Of a stretch of 64,000 bases of DNA, positions 49,435 to 61,859 are shown piece after piece. Position 1 is the stretch's first letter. Every line of letters begins with the position of its first letter. The stretch lies in assembly GCA_043228905.1 (NCBI GenBank), contig JBHGNT010000001.1, positions 18,290,001 through 18,354,000 on the forward strand, read 5' to 3'. The position numbers and the translations under genes are program-made. The notes under the pieces were generated by a model that worked only from the letters and a program-made list of their open reading frames with translations, did no database searches and had not been told where the DNA came from. The DNA is from Azolla caroliniana. Its lineage: Eukaryota > Plantae > Polypodiophyta.

Positions 49435-52400
49435 GAGTAGCATACATACATACATACATACATACATATACATGCATGCATCCATATATACCTACATTCA
49501 AACATTACATCCATGAATATGTATATACATACATTATACCCATTTATACATGCATCCTAACTGAACATAAATATATGTACAAATGTATATTACCATATGT
49601 AAATATGTACATACACATACATATATACATTACATACTACATACATATTAGAATCAACCATATATATTGACATACATATATAGATAAAACATACATAAAA
49701 TTACATATTACATATATATACATACACATTCTTACAAACATATTTTATATTGTGGTGTCGTCCCTTTCATGTGAGTGCATGCCACTTAACGCACCACCCT
49801 TTAGCACACCCTTTTAGCCCAACCTTTTAGCACACCCTTTTGGAACGCATGTAGTTAGGCTAGTCCAAAATGGGTACCTTTGTATATTCTATAAATTGAA
49901 TGATAAGTAAGAATCTAGGCAAAGTTGGTTTAATTTCCTTTTATGTGCATTTCACATAATTGGTGGAGAAGCGGACTTAGTTCATGGCATCCCAATTCCC
50001 TCCCATCGCCTCAAACACTGATACCTCGATGGAGCCTGAGTTCTCGCAACCTCACGAACGAACACCCCCTTTCTAAATGGAGCAACTCCTCCAACTCCTC
50101 TCCAACGCTATGCTTCAAATCAACCCCACAAATCAAGGCATGCTCTCCTTCCTCTTCACTAACAATGATCACATTCAAGATCGGTCAGATTTCAACATCC
50201 ACATGAAGACCTTCTCCGGCTTGCCTTCCGAGGATGTCTTAGCCTGGTTGGACCACTTTGAGAAGATCTCAAGTTACCATCGACGGTCTAACGAGCGCAA
50301 AGCTTTGGAAGTTCATAACCCTGCTTGAAAATGTCGCTGCCACCTGGTACGTCCAATAATCAAGTGACGTGACAGAGAACTGGGTGATCCTCCGAGATCT
50401 CCTTGTGCAAAACTTTTCCCATCAAAATGCGGCCCAAACAGGGTTACAACAACTCAAAATGTTGCAGTTGCAAGCACACGAACCCGTGGGCCAATTTGTT
50501 GTTCGCCTCAATCAACTCCTCGTTCGTGCCAAGCCTACCATGCTCGAGCATGTGAAGCTTTTCTTTTTATGGCCCCGTTTGCACCATGACATCACTCGTC
50601 ACACTCGGGATCAAGGTCCAAATACATTCAATGACGTCATCCTCGTTGCCCAACTCATTAAAGCTTGTACGTTATCGGACTCCCAACCACGTTGGCCCCA
50701 TCCATCCTCGACCGACTTGCGCACCCAATACCAAGGCGTGGCCCCCATGGACATTGATGTCCAAAACATACAATTCCAGGCTCGCCGCAACCTTCCCAAT
50801 CACGATGGCCAAGGGCACCCGAAGTGTTTCTATTGTAACAATTATGGACACGTCCGACGTCACTATTGGAAATTGCAACAACAGTCTCAAAAGCGACAAG
50901 TCTAGATAACTATGGATGACGTTGCATCATTGGCTAAGCTTCCGGGAAACTGACTTCCGGGGTACTAATGGAAGAGCCATCCCTCCACATCCAAGCATCT
51001 GCCTCGTCCAGTTCACAGGTATGCACCGCTCTCGCCACCATTAATCATTACACCCACACCATCTTGGTAAACTCTGGTAGTAGTATCTCTTCCATTAGCA
51101 CCGCCTTAGTTCACCAGTTAGGTCTCCCCACATCCACTACTCCTTCCATCCAAGTCCTTTTTGGCGATCAAACATCTTTACCACTCTCGCACGCAAGTCC
51201 ACTGCAGCTTCACCTTAGGAACTCTCACCTTCTCACACCACTTTTATGTCTTGCCCCACCAACTCTTCTCCCTGATCTTAGGTTGTGATTGGTTCCTCAA
51301 GCATCACGATGTGATTGATTTCGATGCCCATAAACTTCTTGTCCCACATGCTCCCCCTATCCCCCTTCTACACAATAGCTCCCCTGTCCCCCACCTTAGC
51401 CAAGTCTAGGTGGCCCTTAGTCCACCGGATCCATTGGTCTCCATCTGCCAATTATAAGCTTGTTTTCCGTCACTAACCCTCCAATCCACACATGCTCCTA
51501 CTGTCTCTTTCCTAGTACAACATGCCATTCATACCGGTGAAGCCACTCCAATCTGCTTGGCTACCCGCCGATGTTTCCCCCTCGACCACAATCGCATCGA
51601 TGTTGTCGTCACCAACATGCTCACCAAAAGGTATTATCATTCCTTCCACCAGCGATTTGGAACCCCACCTAGTCAAGAAGCATGATGGCACCTTCCACTT
51701 TTGCATCGACTTTAGGCCTCTCAACAAAGTGACTATCCATGACCTCTACCCGCTCCCTCACATGGACAACCGCTTGGATCAAATCGGTGGCTCTCATTAT
51801 TCCACCTCCCTAGACATAGCCTTAGGATATTGGCAATTCCCCCTAAAGCCTCCTGACGCCCACAAGACCGCATTCCGCACACGCCACGGGGTATTCCTAT
51901 TCACGCGCATGTCATTCGGCTTGTGGGATGTCGGCAGCACATTCCAACGCATGACAAACTCCATCTTCGCCACCCTTATCAGCAAAGGTGTCCTCCTCGT
52001 TTATCTCGATGATATCCTTATTCACACGGACACTTGGGAGGACCTTCTACAAACTCTCGCCGAAGTCCTCGCTTGCATAACTAAGCATAACGTGCAACTC
52101 CAATGGAAGAAGTGTCGATGGGGAAGCACTAGCCTCTGTTTTCTTGGCTTCATCATCTCTGGTGACGGAATCCATATGGACCCTACAAAAGGTGGCATCC
52201 ATCACGGACTACCCCCACCCCACCTCAATAAAATCATTGCAACGTTGTTTGGGCATGATCACCTTCTCATGAACCTCACCTTGGTCACTTTTCCCCTCTA
52301 CCAACTCATGAAGAAAGGTGTGTCATTCATTTCGGATCCTACCAACTGTTCACTTTGCAGACAGACACATCAAACCATGGGTTAGGAACCATCCTCTTGC

Positions 52401-54470
52401 ATGCTGATTGCCACGGGCAAGAAAAGGCGGTCTCTTATCCATCGACCTCACCCCCCGGGCCGCTTGTTGCATGTTGGCATTCCAAGGTTATCAGTTTACC
52501 CTCTCCTATTGGAAAGGTGCAAGGAATTTGGTCGTTTATAGTCTCTCTCACGCCGACTTCTAGGCTATCCAATTTCCCCATGAGACATCCGATCTTCTGC
52601 TACCATTGCCACAACTCACTACACTTCAGCAACACGACCCCGCCATTCAAGAGATAACCCATCAGTTGCGCTCACTCCAATCATTTCCCTTAGAACGGCG
52701 ATTCATGCTCCGCGATAACTTTGTGTTCTTCATTCAAGCGCATCATGAGCCTCATGTCTACATCCCTCATGCCCTACAACAAACGTATCTCCAATTTTAT
52801 CATGAACACCCATTGTCAGGCCATTTGGGTTTCCACAAGGTTCTCGAAAAATTACTCGTCAAGTATTACTGGACCAACATGCGACACTCTATCTCTACCT
52901 ACATCAAACAATGTCCTTTGTGTCAACACATCAAACCTGGAAGCAAGCCAGTTGGAACGCTCTAACCCATCACTGTCACGACACCTTTCGAGCTGGTCGG
53001 ATGGGATTTCATGGGACCTTTTCCCAAAACCTTGAGGGACAACAAGTATATCCTAGTCATAACAGAATACCTCACTAGGTGGGCTGAAACTATTGCCATC
53101 CCTGACCTTACTGAGCCAACAATTGCCTCCCAACTCTTGCAAAAGGTAATTTTCTAGCATGGTTGCCCTGTCCAACTCTTGTCTGATCAAGGCAGCGAGT
53201 TCCATGGGGATTTCCTCAATGTTGTCGCAACTCAACTAGGTGTCCAACAAGAGTTTACGTCCCTGTACCATCCGCAAACAAATGGCCACTGAATGCCTCA
53301 AAAAGACCCTCAAGTAGGAGATTGCCGCTTACATCGATCCATGCCACAAAACCTGGGATCAAATCTTGCCTTTTGTCACCCACACCTACAATACATCTGT
53401 ACAGGTCTCAACACGAATCAGCCCTTTTCGAGCACTCTATGGGCGCGACCCTTGGCTCCCATCAGAATAGTCCATTGACATCCATTCCAAACCTGCCGAC
53501 ATGGATAGTGCCACTTGGGGGCTCTATCTCCAACAAATGCTCCCCCTCTCACAAGCCAACTCCCAAAATCTACAAGTCGTACAACAACGTCAGAAGCGGA
53601 ACTACGACGTGGGTCGAATTATCCGACCTATGCTGATGGAACCAAAGTCCTTGTTTACATCCCGGTCCGGCAGCACGGTCTCAATGAATCCCTCATGCAC
53701 CGATGGCTCGGCCCGTTCACCGTAGTTCACACCATCAAATCCACTACTTACTTGCTCCAACGTGATTCCAATGGCCGATTCATCTCCGCCCATGTTGCCC
53801 ATATCAAGCCCTATACTACCCTAATCCTATCTTCTAGCACCCCTCCTTTCCCCATGTTGTAAAACTTATTGTTTTTCTCGGGGGGAAATGTGGTGTCCCT
53901 TCCATGTGATTGCATGCCTCTAGCGCACCCTTTTGGTACGCATGTAGCTTGGCCGGCCCAAAATGGGTACTTTTGTATCTTCTATAAATTGAACAATACG
54001 TAACAAGCTAGGCAAGCTGGTTTGGTTTCCTTTTATATGAATTTCACAATATATTACATATTACACACATATATTATTATACACACATTTCATACATACA
54101 ATACAATATGTACAGACATACACACAAACATAACACACATCACACATGCATACCACATACATGCATATATACCTACATTAAAACATTACATCCATGAATA
54201 TGTATATACATACATTACACCCATCTATTCATGCATATTGACTAAACATAAATACATGTACAAATATATATGACCATATGTAAATATGTACATACACATA
54301 CATACATGCGTTACATACTACATACATATTAGAATCAAGCATATATATATTGACATACATATATACATAATACATACATACATACACATTCTTATAAACT
54401 TATTTTATATATTACATATTACACACTTATACTATTATACATACCATTATAGACAAATGCATATATGAAA
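49435..54470. repeat. (TACA/CATA)n-rich degenerate ~310-bp repeat, two blocks (49435-49750, 54049-54470) flanking the gypsy insertion
   Basis: Both blocks share CCTACATT..AAACATTACATCCATGAATATG..TTAGAATCAA. Confidence 0.8.
49751..54048 (+). mobile_element. Compact Ty3/gypsy element with short LTRs (49751-49956, 53889-54048)
   Basis: TGTGG..TTCACA LTRs; 4-bp TSD ATAT; PBS TGGTGGAGAAGCGG; G-rich PPT. gag CFYCNNYGH, PR ILVNSGSS, RT VYLDDIL, INT YHPQTNG, WLGPF. Confidence 0.92.
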
Positions 54471-54486
54471 TCCAAAACGATGGAGG

Positions 54487-57446
54487 TGTTAGGAAACAGG
54501 TCCCTCTGGATGGGAAGTGAGAAGAACAGTATTAATGAGCAAACTCGGCCTCGGCCGAAACCGGATGGTCTAGACCCGGTGAGAACCGGATGACGAGTAC
54601 CCGACAAGTGCCGGATTGTGCAGAACCGGTGAGAACCGGATGACGAGTACCTGGCTACGGAGAGCCGGATGGTGCAGACCCAGTGAGAATCGGATGACGA
54701 GTACCCTGACAAGTGCCGGATGGTGCAGACCCGGTGAGAACCAGATGACGAGTACCCGGCAAGTGCCGGATGATGCAGACCCGGTGAGAACCGGATAACG
54801 AGTACCCGGCTACGGAGAGCCGGATGGTGCAGACCCGGTGAGAACCGGATAACGAGTACCCGGCAAGCGCCGGATGATGCAGGCCCGGTGAGGAGTGCTC
54901 ACCGGATGAAGAGACATATTTGTATATATGTTTCTGAGAGTCCATCGTGGCTATATTTGTAAATAGCCGAAAGTCATATTAGTATAAATATGACTTAGGA
55001 CAAACTTTAGATAAGAGTTGTTTGTCATTCTTGTTGGCGAAAGATTAGAGCGCGCAACTATGTACAGAGAGAGTGAGAGAGAGGAAGAGGTCGTTGCCTC
55101 TTATTGTAACTGGTGCCTGTGGCGAAGATAGCAAGCTTGAGGTCATGGCCTCGGTGCTTTCTTATTGTACATTCTGACATAGTGATAGTTCGCGATCTGT
55201 GGGTTGCCGTGGTTTTTTCCCGAGTTTGGGTTTTCCACGTAAACATCCTGTGTACTCTTCTCTCTATCGTGTTGTGTTTCATTCCCTATTTTTTTTTCTG
55301 TGTTTGATTCTAAGCTCGGTTGTGGCCGAGCGGTGTTCATCGGAGCGTGTAGTTCCTGTCAAAGTGGTATCAGAGCAAAACAACACAGACAATGGACGAT
55401 TCATTGGGAAGCATGTTCAAGCTCACCGGCTCCAACTATTCGGTGTGGAAGTTGAAGATGAGGGACATGCTCGTGGTTAAAGATCTTTGGTTGCCGGTTC
55501 AGTTTGGGGACAAGAGACCGGACAAAATCGACGCCACGATATGGGAGATGATGCACATGAAGACAATGGCTTACATACGGTGCTTCATCGACATGAGCCT
55601 ATACAACAACTTCAATGAAGAGAGCAAGGCTCATGAGCTCTGGGAGAAGATCGGCATTATGTTTCAAAACAAAAATGTTGTTAATCAGGTTTCGGTATTC
55701 CGGAAGCTAGTAAGACTCCGGTACCAAGATGGCTCCAGCATGGCGGAGCACAAGAATGCCTTCTAGGGGCTGATCCACTAGGCACTGATTGTCTGGCCGG
55801 AAAGCAAAACCGGACCTCCTTCCGATCGAGGCCACCGATGAGACGTAATGCACCATTAGAGTTGGTGCATACTGATGTGTGTCAAGTGGACACAAAGTCA
55901 CATGCAGGATCACAGTACTTCGTGACGTTCATAGATGACCACAGCCGGAAGCTGTGGGCCATACCGTTGAAGACGAAGGATCAGGTGTTATCCGTCTTCA
56001 AAGAGCTCCACGCGAGAGTGGAAAGAGAAACCGGCCGGAAGCTGAAGGCGGTTCGAGCAGATAACGCGGGTGAATACCGGGGGAAGTTCGAGGAGTACTA
56101 TCACTCGAAGGGAATCCGGCTCGAATTTACCGTGCCGAAGACGCTGGAACTAAACGGGCTGGCCGAGAGGATGAACCGGACCATAATGGAGAGGGTCCGG
56201 AGTATGCTAGCGCATGCAAAACTACCCAAGAAGTTTTGGGTTGAGGCACTGTCGACGGCGACATATGTGATTAATAGATCACCCTCAATACCGTTGGACG
56301 GAGACACGCCACAGAGAGTATGGACCGGTAAGGAAGTATCCTACCGGCATATGAAGGTATTCGGGTGTCTTGCGTATGTGCATGTAGCTAAGGACCGGAG
56401 AGGAAAGTTAGATCCAAAGACCCGACCATGCATATTCCTAGGTTACGACGACGATGATTTTGGCTACCGAGTGTGCGACCTGGTCAACAAGAAGGTATTC
56501 CGGAGTCGAGATATTATCTTCATGGAGGACAAGACGCTCGCCGACTGGGAGTCGGAGAAGAAGATAATGAACTCCAAGTTAACCGGTAAGGATCGATTCT
56601 ACGATGAGCAGACCCAACGGGCAAGAGACCGGTTAGGCCTCGAGGAACTAGACGGTTACAGTGAGGCTACCGAACCGACAGAAGAAGAAGTAGAGGAAGC
56701 TGAAACCGGAACCGGCCAAGACCCCGAATCGGATTCGGATGAAGAGCAAATGGAGCAGCCGGTTATCGAAGCCCAAAGACGGAGATATCCTCTCAGAGAG
56801 AGAAGGGCCCCCCGGAGATTTCCGGATGCAGAGCATGTACTGCTGACCGATGAGAGGGAGCCAGAAAGATTCAAAGAAGCTAAAAGTGACGCCCATAGCT
56901 ACAAATCGTTAAGTGCCATGCAGGATAAGATGGATTCCCTGCATGAGAACCATACGTACAAATTGGTGGAGTTGCCGAAAGGAAAGTGGGCACCCCGAAT
57001 CAAGTGGGTGTACAAGTTGAAACTGGGAGATGCCGGCAACCCCCCGAGATACAAAGCCAGGATCGTGGTGAAGGGGTTCCAGCAGAAGAAGGGCGTGGAC
57101 TTCGACGAGATATTTGCCCCGGTAGTAAAGATGACCTCCATTCGGACGGTGCTGAGTATAGCGGCAAGCATGGACCTCGAGGTAGAGCAGCTAGACATGA
57201 AGACGACATTCCTTCACGGCGACCTCGAAGAGGAGATCTACATGCAGCAACCGGAAGGATTCGTGGAGAAAGGGAAGGAGCACCTGGTATGCCGGTTGAA
57301 GAAGAGCCTGTACGGACTGAAGCAAGCTCCCCGGCAATGGTACCGGAAGTTCGACTCCTTCATGACCGATCAAGGGTACCACAAGACGTAGGCCGATCAC
57401 TGCGTGTTTGTGAAGAAGTTCGAAGGAGGCGACTTCCTGATACTCC
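54487..57446 (+). mobile_element. Copia of the same family as 22628: 5' LTR 54487-55361, gag start, deletion, INT-RT; truncated
   Basis: PBS TGGTATCAGAGC at 55365; gag 55392-55766; the 517-aa ORF 55838-57391 covers integrase and RT. It ends at GDFLIL, before YVDD. Confidence 0.95.
55838..57391 (+). CDS. pol: Copia integrase-RT fragment (longest ORF in the window)
   Basis: LVHTDVC, FIDDHSR, RADNAGEY, NGLAERMNRT, YKARIVVKGF, KSLYGLKQAPRQWY. Confidence 0.9.
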   Translation: MRRNAPLELVHTDVCQVDTKSHAGSQYFVTFIDDHSRKLWAIPLKTKDQVLSVFKELHARVERETGRKLKAVRADNAGEYRGKFEEYYHSKGIRLEFTVPKTLELNGLAERMNRTIMERVRSMLAHAKLPKKFWVEALSTATYVINRSPSIPLDGDTPQRVWTGKEVSYRHMKVFGCLAYVHVAKDRRGKLDPKTRPCIFLGYDDDDFGYRVCDLVNKKVFRSRDIIFMEDKTLADWESEKKIMNSKLTGKDRFYDEQTQRARDRLGLEELDGYSEATEPTEEEVEEAETGTGQDPESDSDEEQMEQPVIEAQRRRYPLRERRAPRRFPDAEHVLLTDEREPERFKEAKSDAHSYKSLSAMQDKMDSLHENHTYKLVELPKGKWAPRIKWVYKLKLGDAGNPPRYKARIVVKGFQQKKGVDFDEIFAPVVKMTSIRTVLSIAASMDLEVEQLDMKTTFLHGDLEEEIYMQQPEGFVEKGKEHLVCRLKKSLYGLKQAPRQWYRKFDSFMTDQGYHKT

Positions 57447-60400
57447 GTGGTACGGCCAAAGGACATTATGCAGGTTATTTCACAGCTACAAAACTATGGC
57501 AAGCGGGTGTTTGGTGGCCAACTACGCAAAAGGATGCGTATCAATACTGTAAACAATCTAATCTGTGTCAACGCTTCGGGCAACCTACGGAGCTCGCAAG
57601 AATGCCTCACCAACTAGTACTTCTGCTTGACCCGTTCCATAAATGGGGTCTCGATTTTGTCGGTCCCTTTACGCTGGCAGCATTAGGGACAGGCAACAAA
57701 TACGTGCTCATGGCCACAGATTACTGCACAAAGTGGGTCGAAGCCAAACCATTACAAGTCAATACTACGACGTCTATGGCAAAATTCATTTATGAACACA
57801 TTTGGTGCCATTTTGGTTGCCATAAGCAACCAAGGGAGCCATTTCTTGAATTTGGTCATCCACGAACTCACGCACCATTACGCCGTAGTACACAAGAAGA
57901 GTACACCATATTACCCACAAGCAAATGGGTTAGCAGAATCCACGAACAAGACGCTACAGACTATCCTGAAAAAGATAGTGAATGAGAATAGAATAGACAG
58001 AGACACAAAGTTACATAGTGCGTTGTGGGCGTACCGAACGAGTTACAAAACAAGTATACAGTCCACACCTTTCCGGTTAGCGTTTGGGTTAGAGGCCATA
58101 ATGCCCATCGAATTCCAAGTGCCCAGTTTACGGATTCAAGTACGTGACAGATTGTCGAAAGGCCAGTCCGAGCAAATCCGGCTATAACAACTGCTCAAAC
58201 TAGGCGAAGCTCGAGTTCGTAGCATGGCCATATTAGAACAAGAGCAGTGACGATGTAAGGAATTTGTAGATCGACATGGGGACAGACGAGAGAATGACTT
58301 CAAGGTTGGGAAAGTCGTACTAGTCTTTCAAACACGCATGGGGCCAATGCCAGGAAAGTTACGATTCCGCTGGATAGGAAAGTTACTATATAATTGGGGC
58401 AGGAAATGGGACCTTTCAGTTAGGTACACTCGCCGGAGAAGTGTTACGCAAAAAAGTGAACGGATTCCGACTGAAGCCTTACCTGGGATCTACGCCCCCA
58501 AACCAGTTTCGCACTGTAACGGACACGACGGAGGTATCCCACAGTAACCAGTAACCGGGACCTAAGGGTAACAAATGTAACAGTAATGTTGTACCAATAA
58601 CCGTTGGAAAAGAAAAAAAAGAAAAGAAAGAGAAGATATTCACGACTATTAAAAAGACTTTATGCATGCAGAGTCCCATAAACAAGAACACGCGTCGCCA
58701 CGATGTCACACATGCCTATGAACCCTAATGCAAAAAAAGAACAAAATAGAAGGTTTTCTGCACATTACAGAAAATAGCCTCCCGCCTTCTACTCTCCTCG
58801 TTCCCCTCACTCCCCTCGTGCTCCTCGTGCTCCTCTTTCTCCTCGCTCTCTTGCATACCACAGGCACCACGTACAACGCAGCTCACATGCTTCACCCGTC
58901 CAACTCTCTCCACACAAACCTTGTCCACCCATGATGCTGATCATCATCTCGGCAACCTTGCATAGGTGGCTCCTGGAAAAGGGGTTTGATGGGTACATCC
59001 GGGTAGCAGAAGCACAATACACCCCGATGCACTAGACATCGCCAAGAAGCTCAACATTGACACGGTGACGAATGCTAGTATCAGGAAGAAGTTGTGTCCA
59101 TTTTTTCGGGAGATTGCAAAGTTCTTGTTAGAAGTCGGATGCGTACATGTTAATGCCTACAGAATGCCCAAACAAAAAAGGCAGGCATTATCATCGACAC
59201 ATTCGAAGGTCGCACAGCTGATTGGAGAGTAATTATGGGATCAACGTTACGAGAGGGACTTCATGCATACCAAGCTGGAAAGAAGGTAAGGCCGATTATT
59301 CAACAATACCTTACGGTACTGTTTCCACCGCTCCGACGACTAGCAAACCCATGCCCCCCCTCTACGATCTGTTAAACGGAAGCTAGCAGAATTGGCAACC
59401 ACGGAATGGGAAGAAGAACCACAACCTTCCCACTTCGTCGTGGAACCAACGCGACTGGAGCAGCCAGTAGAGACCGTCAAAGCACTGACAACAATGAGTG
59501 AGCATGACCTAGAGATAAACCGCGGAAGCCCAAAGCCTAAGCGTCAAAGGCTAGATCAGAAAGATGGGCGCAGACTGATAAAAGATATAGCTCCACCAGT
59601 CGAAACTTCTGCCCCCACGGAGCCCGCAACCACATTCAAGATAATCCGCGAGCCACAACTGATCATTACGGCTCAGTCTCAACGTGGCAAAGGAGTGCTC
59701 ACAGTAGAAAGCAAAGTCCTGAAATATCCAGACATTCCGGATACGGCCCATGAGTTCGGCGCACTATTGCAGTTTGGAACGACATACGAACTGATGGAAT
59801 TCTTGGCGACACAACAGATCAAGGTGTCACAGAGAATGGGTGAGGAGCACGTTGAACAATAGATGATTGAGCGTGCGCTGACAAGTACGGCGGAAAGTGA
59901 AGATGAGGGACCCCTTGCCAAGGTGGGTAGAGAGTGTAACGCGTGAATTCGCCGTATGGGCATTGAACTACCTCCATTAAATGTGGCCCTTGTCGGGGTG
60001 CATAGGGAATTGGCAAGAGTCAATGTGGGTGCCAAAGATATGGCTATTAAAAATAAAAATGTCTGGAAGAAAGTCAAGCTGACTCAAGACCAACTGTAGA
60101 AGGCACAAGAGCGCATTGCGGAATTAGAAAGCAACACGACGATGGTGGAACATATCCCTAGACATACCCCCACTGATACCGAATTGAACACTTTACGGGA
60201 GCAGGTTGAAGCTCAAACCGTCATAGCCGTAAAAGCGAAAAGGGCTACACAGTTAGCTGAGACCAAGATCGACCGACTCTGCGCTGACCGAGAAGCAGAT
60301 ATTAGGGCCAAAGGAAGAAGGGCGACCAACGCACTTGAGGATAAGCTCAACACAGAGATAGCAGCCCATATTAGCACAAAAGAACAAAAGAGCAAGCTAC

Positions 60401-61710
60401 AAGAGGAAGCAAAGAAGATGGAGGCCGTCATTTTGGGACTTCACAAGTTAATAGAAAGGAAGAAAGTGTGGTACAAGGAACAGATCATGCGGGAACGTGA
60501 ATAGACGCATCAGGTAAAAATCCGCCTAAACAATGAAATGGGATGGCTCGAAGAACTACACTTAAAAGAGTCTCAGATATGGGCAAAGACGAAGAGCTAC
60601 TATGAGGAAGCAACGACGGTCAATAAGCGTAAAATCGAAAACCTCAAGAAGGCCCTGGATGAAATGCAAGCCCGTGTCCAAACGATAACGAACAATGTAC
60701 GTGTCCTCCTTCATAAAAATTGTGAGCGGTTTACAACGTAGTTGAAAGCAGCGTTGGACAAAGGATGGGCGGCATGGACTATGCAAGCAGCGAAATTGCA
60801 CACTTACCGGGCGGACTGGGAGAACCGACGGAAAGAGGGTAGAGGCTTCTACAAACTAAATGAGGAGTGCATTGCGATGGTACGAGAGGACCTCACACAA
60901 GATTATCAAACGCTCGCTAACCATCACTTAGAAGAACTCACGCAGCGATTTCAGGGAAAGTCAGGAAGACATCTTCCAACAGTTAATGCAACTCGGCCGC
61001 AAGAGCCAAAGAGCGGAGGAATTGAAAAGGGCAGAAGCGATAACAGTACCAGAAAACGACTCCACCGAACAAAATGAGCCCTAGCCTAACCCAAATGATG
61101 CGCTTGAGGAAACAACTACACTGAGCAACCTCGTGGACGTTAGGAGCGGAGAGGAGCAGCGCCCGGACGCCTACCCACGTCGGGAAGAGCCATCACCGGA
61201 GCCACAAGGAAATGTCCTGGAGAGCGTACCTACCGAGCCTACCAACAAAGCACGTGACGAGGACACACGGAAACCGATGCACCGGCCAAGCGTACCAGCA
61301 AAGCACCTATGAACCTCACGCCACCTGTGGTGCATGACGAACAAATGGAGCCGAACATCCTCAACATTTTGGGCAACGAATAAGAAGTGGATGGGTTCGA
61401 CGTGCCATGGCACTGTCCCACAGGCGTGCCAAGTGTTGGTCGCCGGAATTGTAACCGCCGGACAAACACATGGAGAATAGATTATTATATTAGGAGTGTT
61501 AAAGTAATGCATGTAACGGTTGTACGGAGGGAGCGTTACCTACTGTAAAACCTATGCATATAAAGGGTGAGATACCATTGTAATGAGCTAGCGTATTCTG
61601 AGAGTGCCATTTTAATATAGTTTATCTTCTCTGATCTTGGTGTCCTGTCCACTGGCCTATTGGTGTCTTTTTTTGGTGTCTCGTCTTTGTACAAGATGGT
61701 GTTACAATAA
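57447..61710 (+). mobile_element. Gypsy (non-chromovirus) 3' half: integrase, decayed extra 3' ORF (~58930-61400) and LTR-like end
   Basis: GHYAG, KWGLDFVGPF, YYPQANGLAESTNK. The downstream ORF relic is charged and coiled-coil-like. A TATA-containing segment ends in GTGTTACA at ~61706. Confidence 0.8.
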
Positions 61711-61859
61711 AGCCAAGGTAAGTACGCGTTGGGTGCTACGCCCTAAGGAGGCTAGGTTGTAGCCATCTCCTCCGTACGCCCTACCAATCCCGCACTACGC
61801 ATCTCTATTTCCTTGCACCACGATCACCTTGTAAGCTACCCTGAAGGACTGAGGGTGGC

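Noticed and set aside
49413-54468. His/Ile/Tyr-rich ORFs at 49413, 54022 and 54286
   Set aside because: They are translations of TACA microsatellite.
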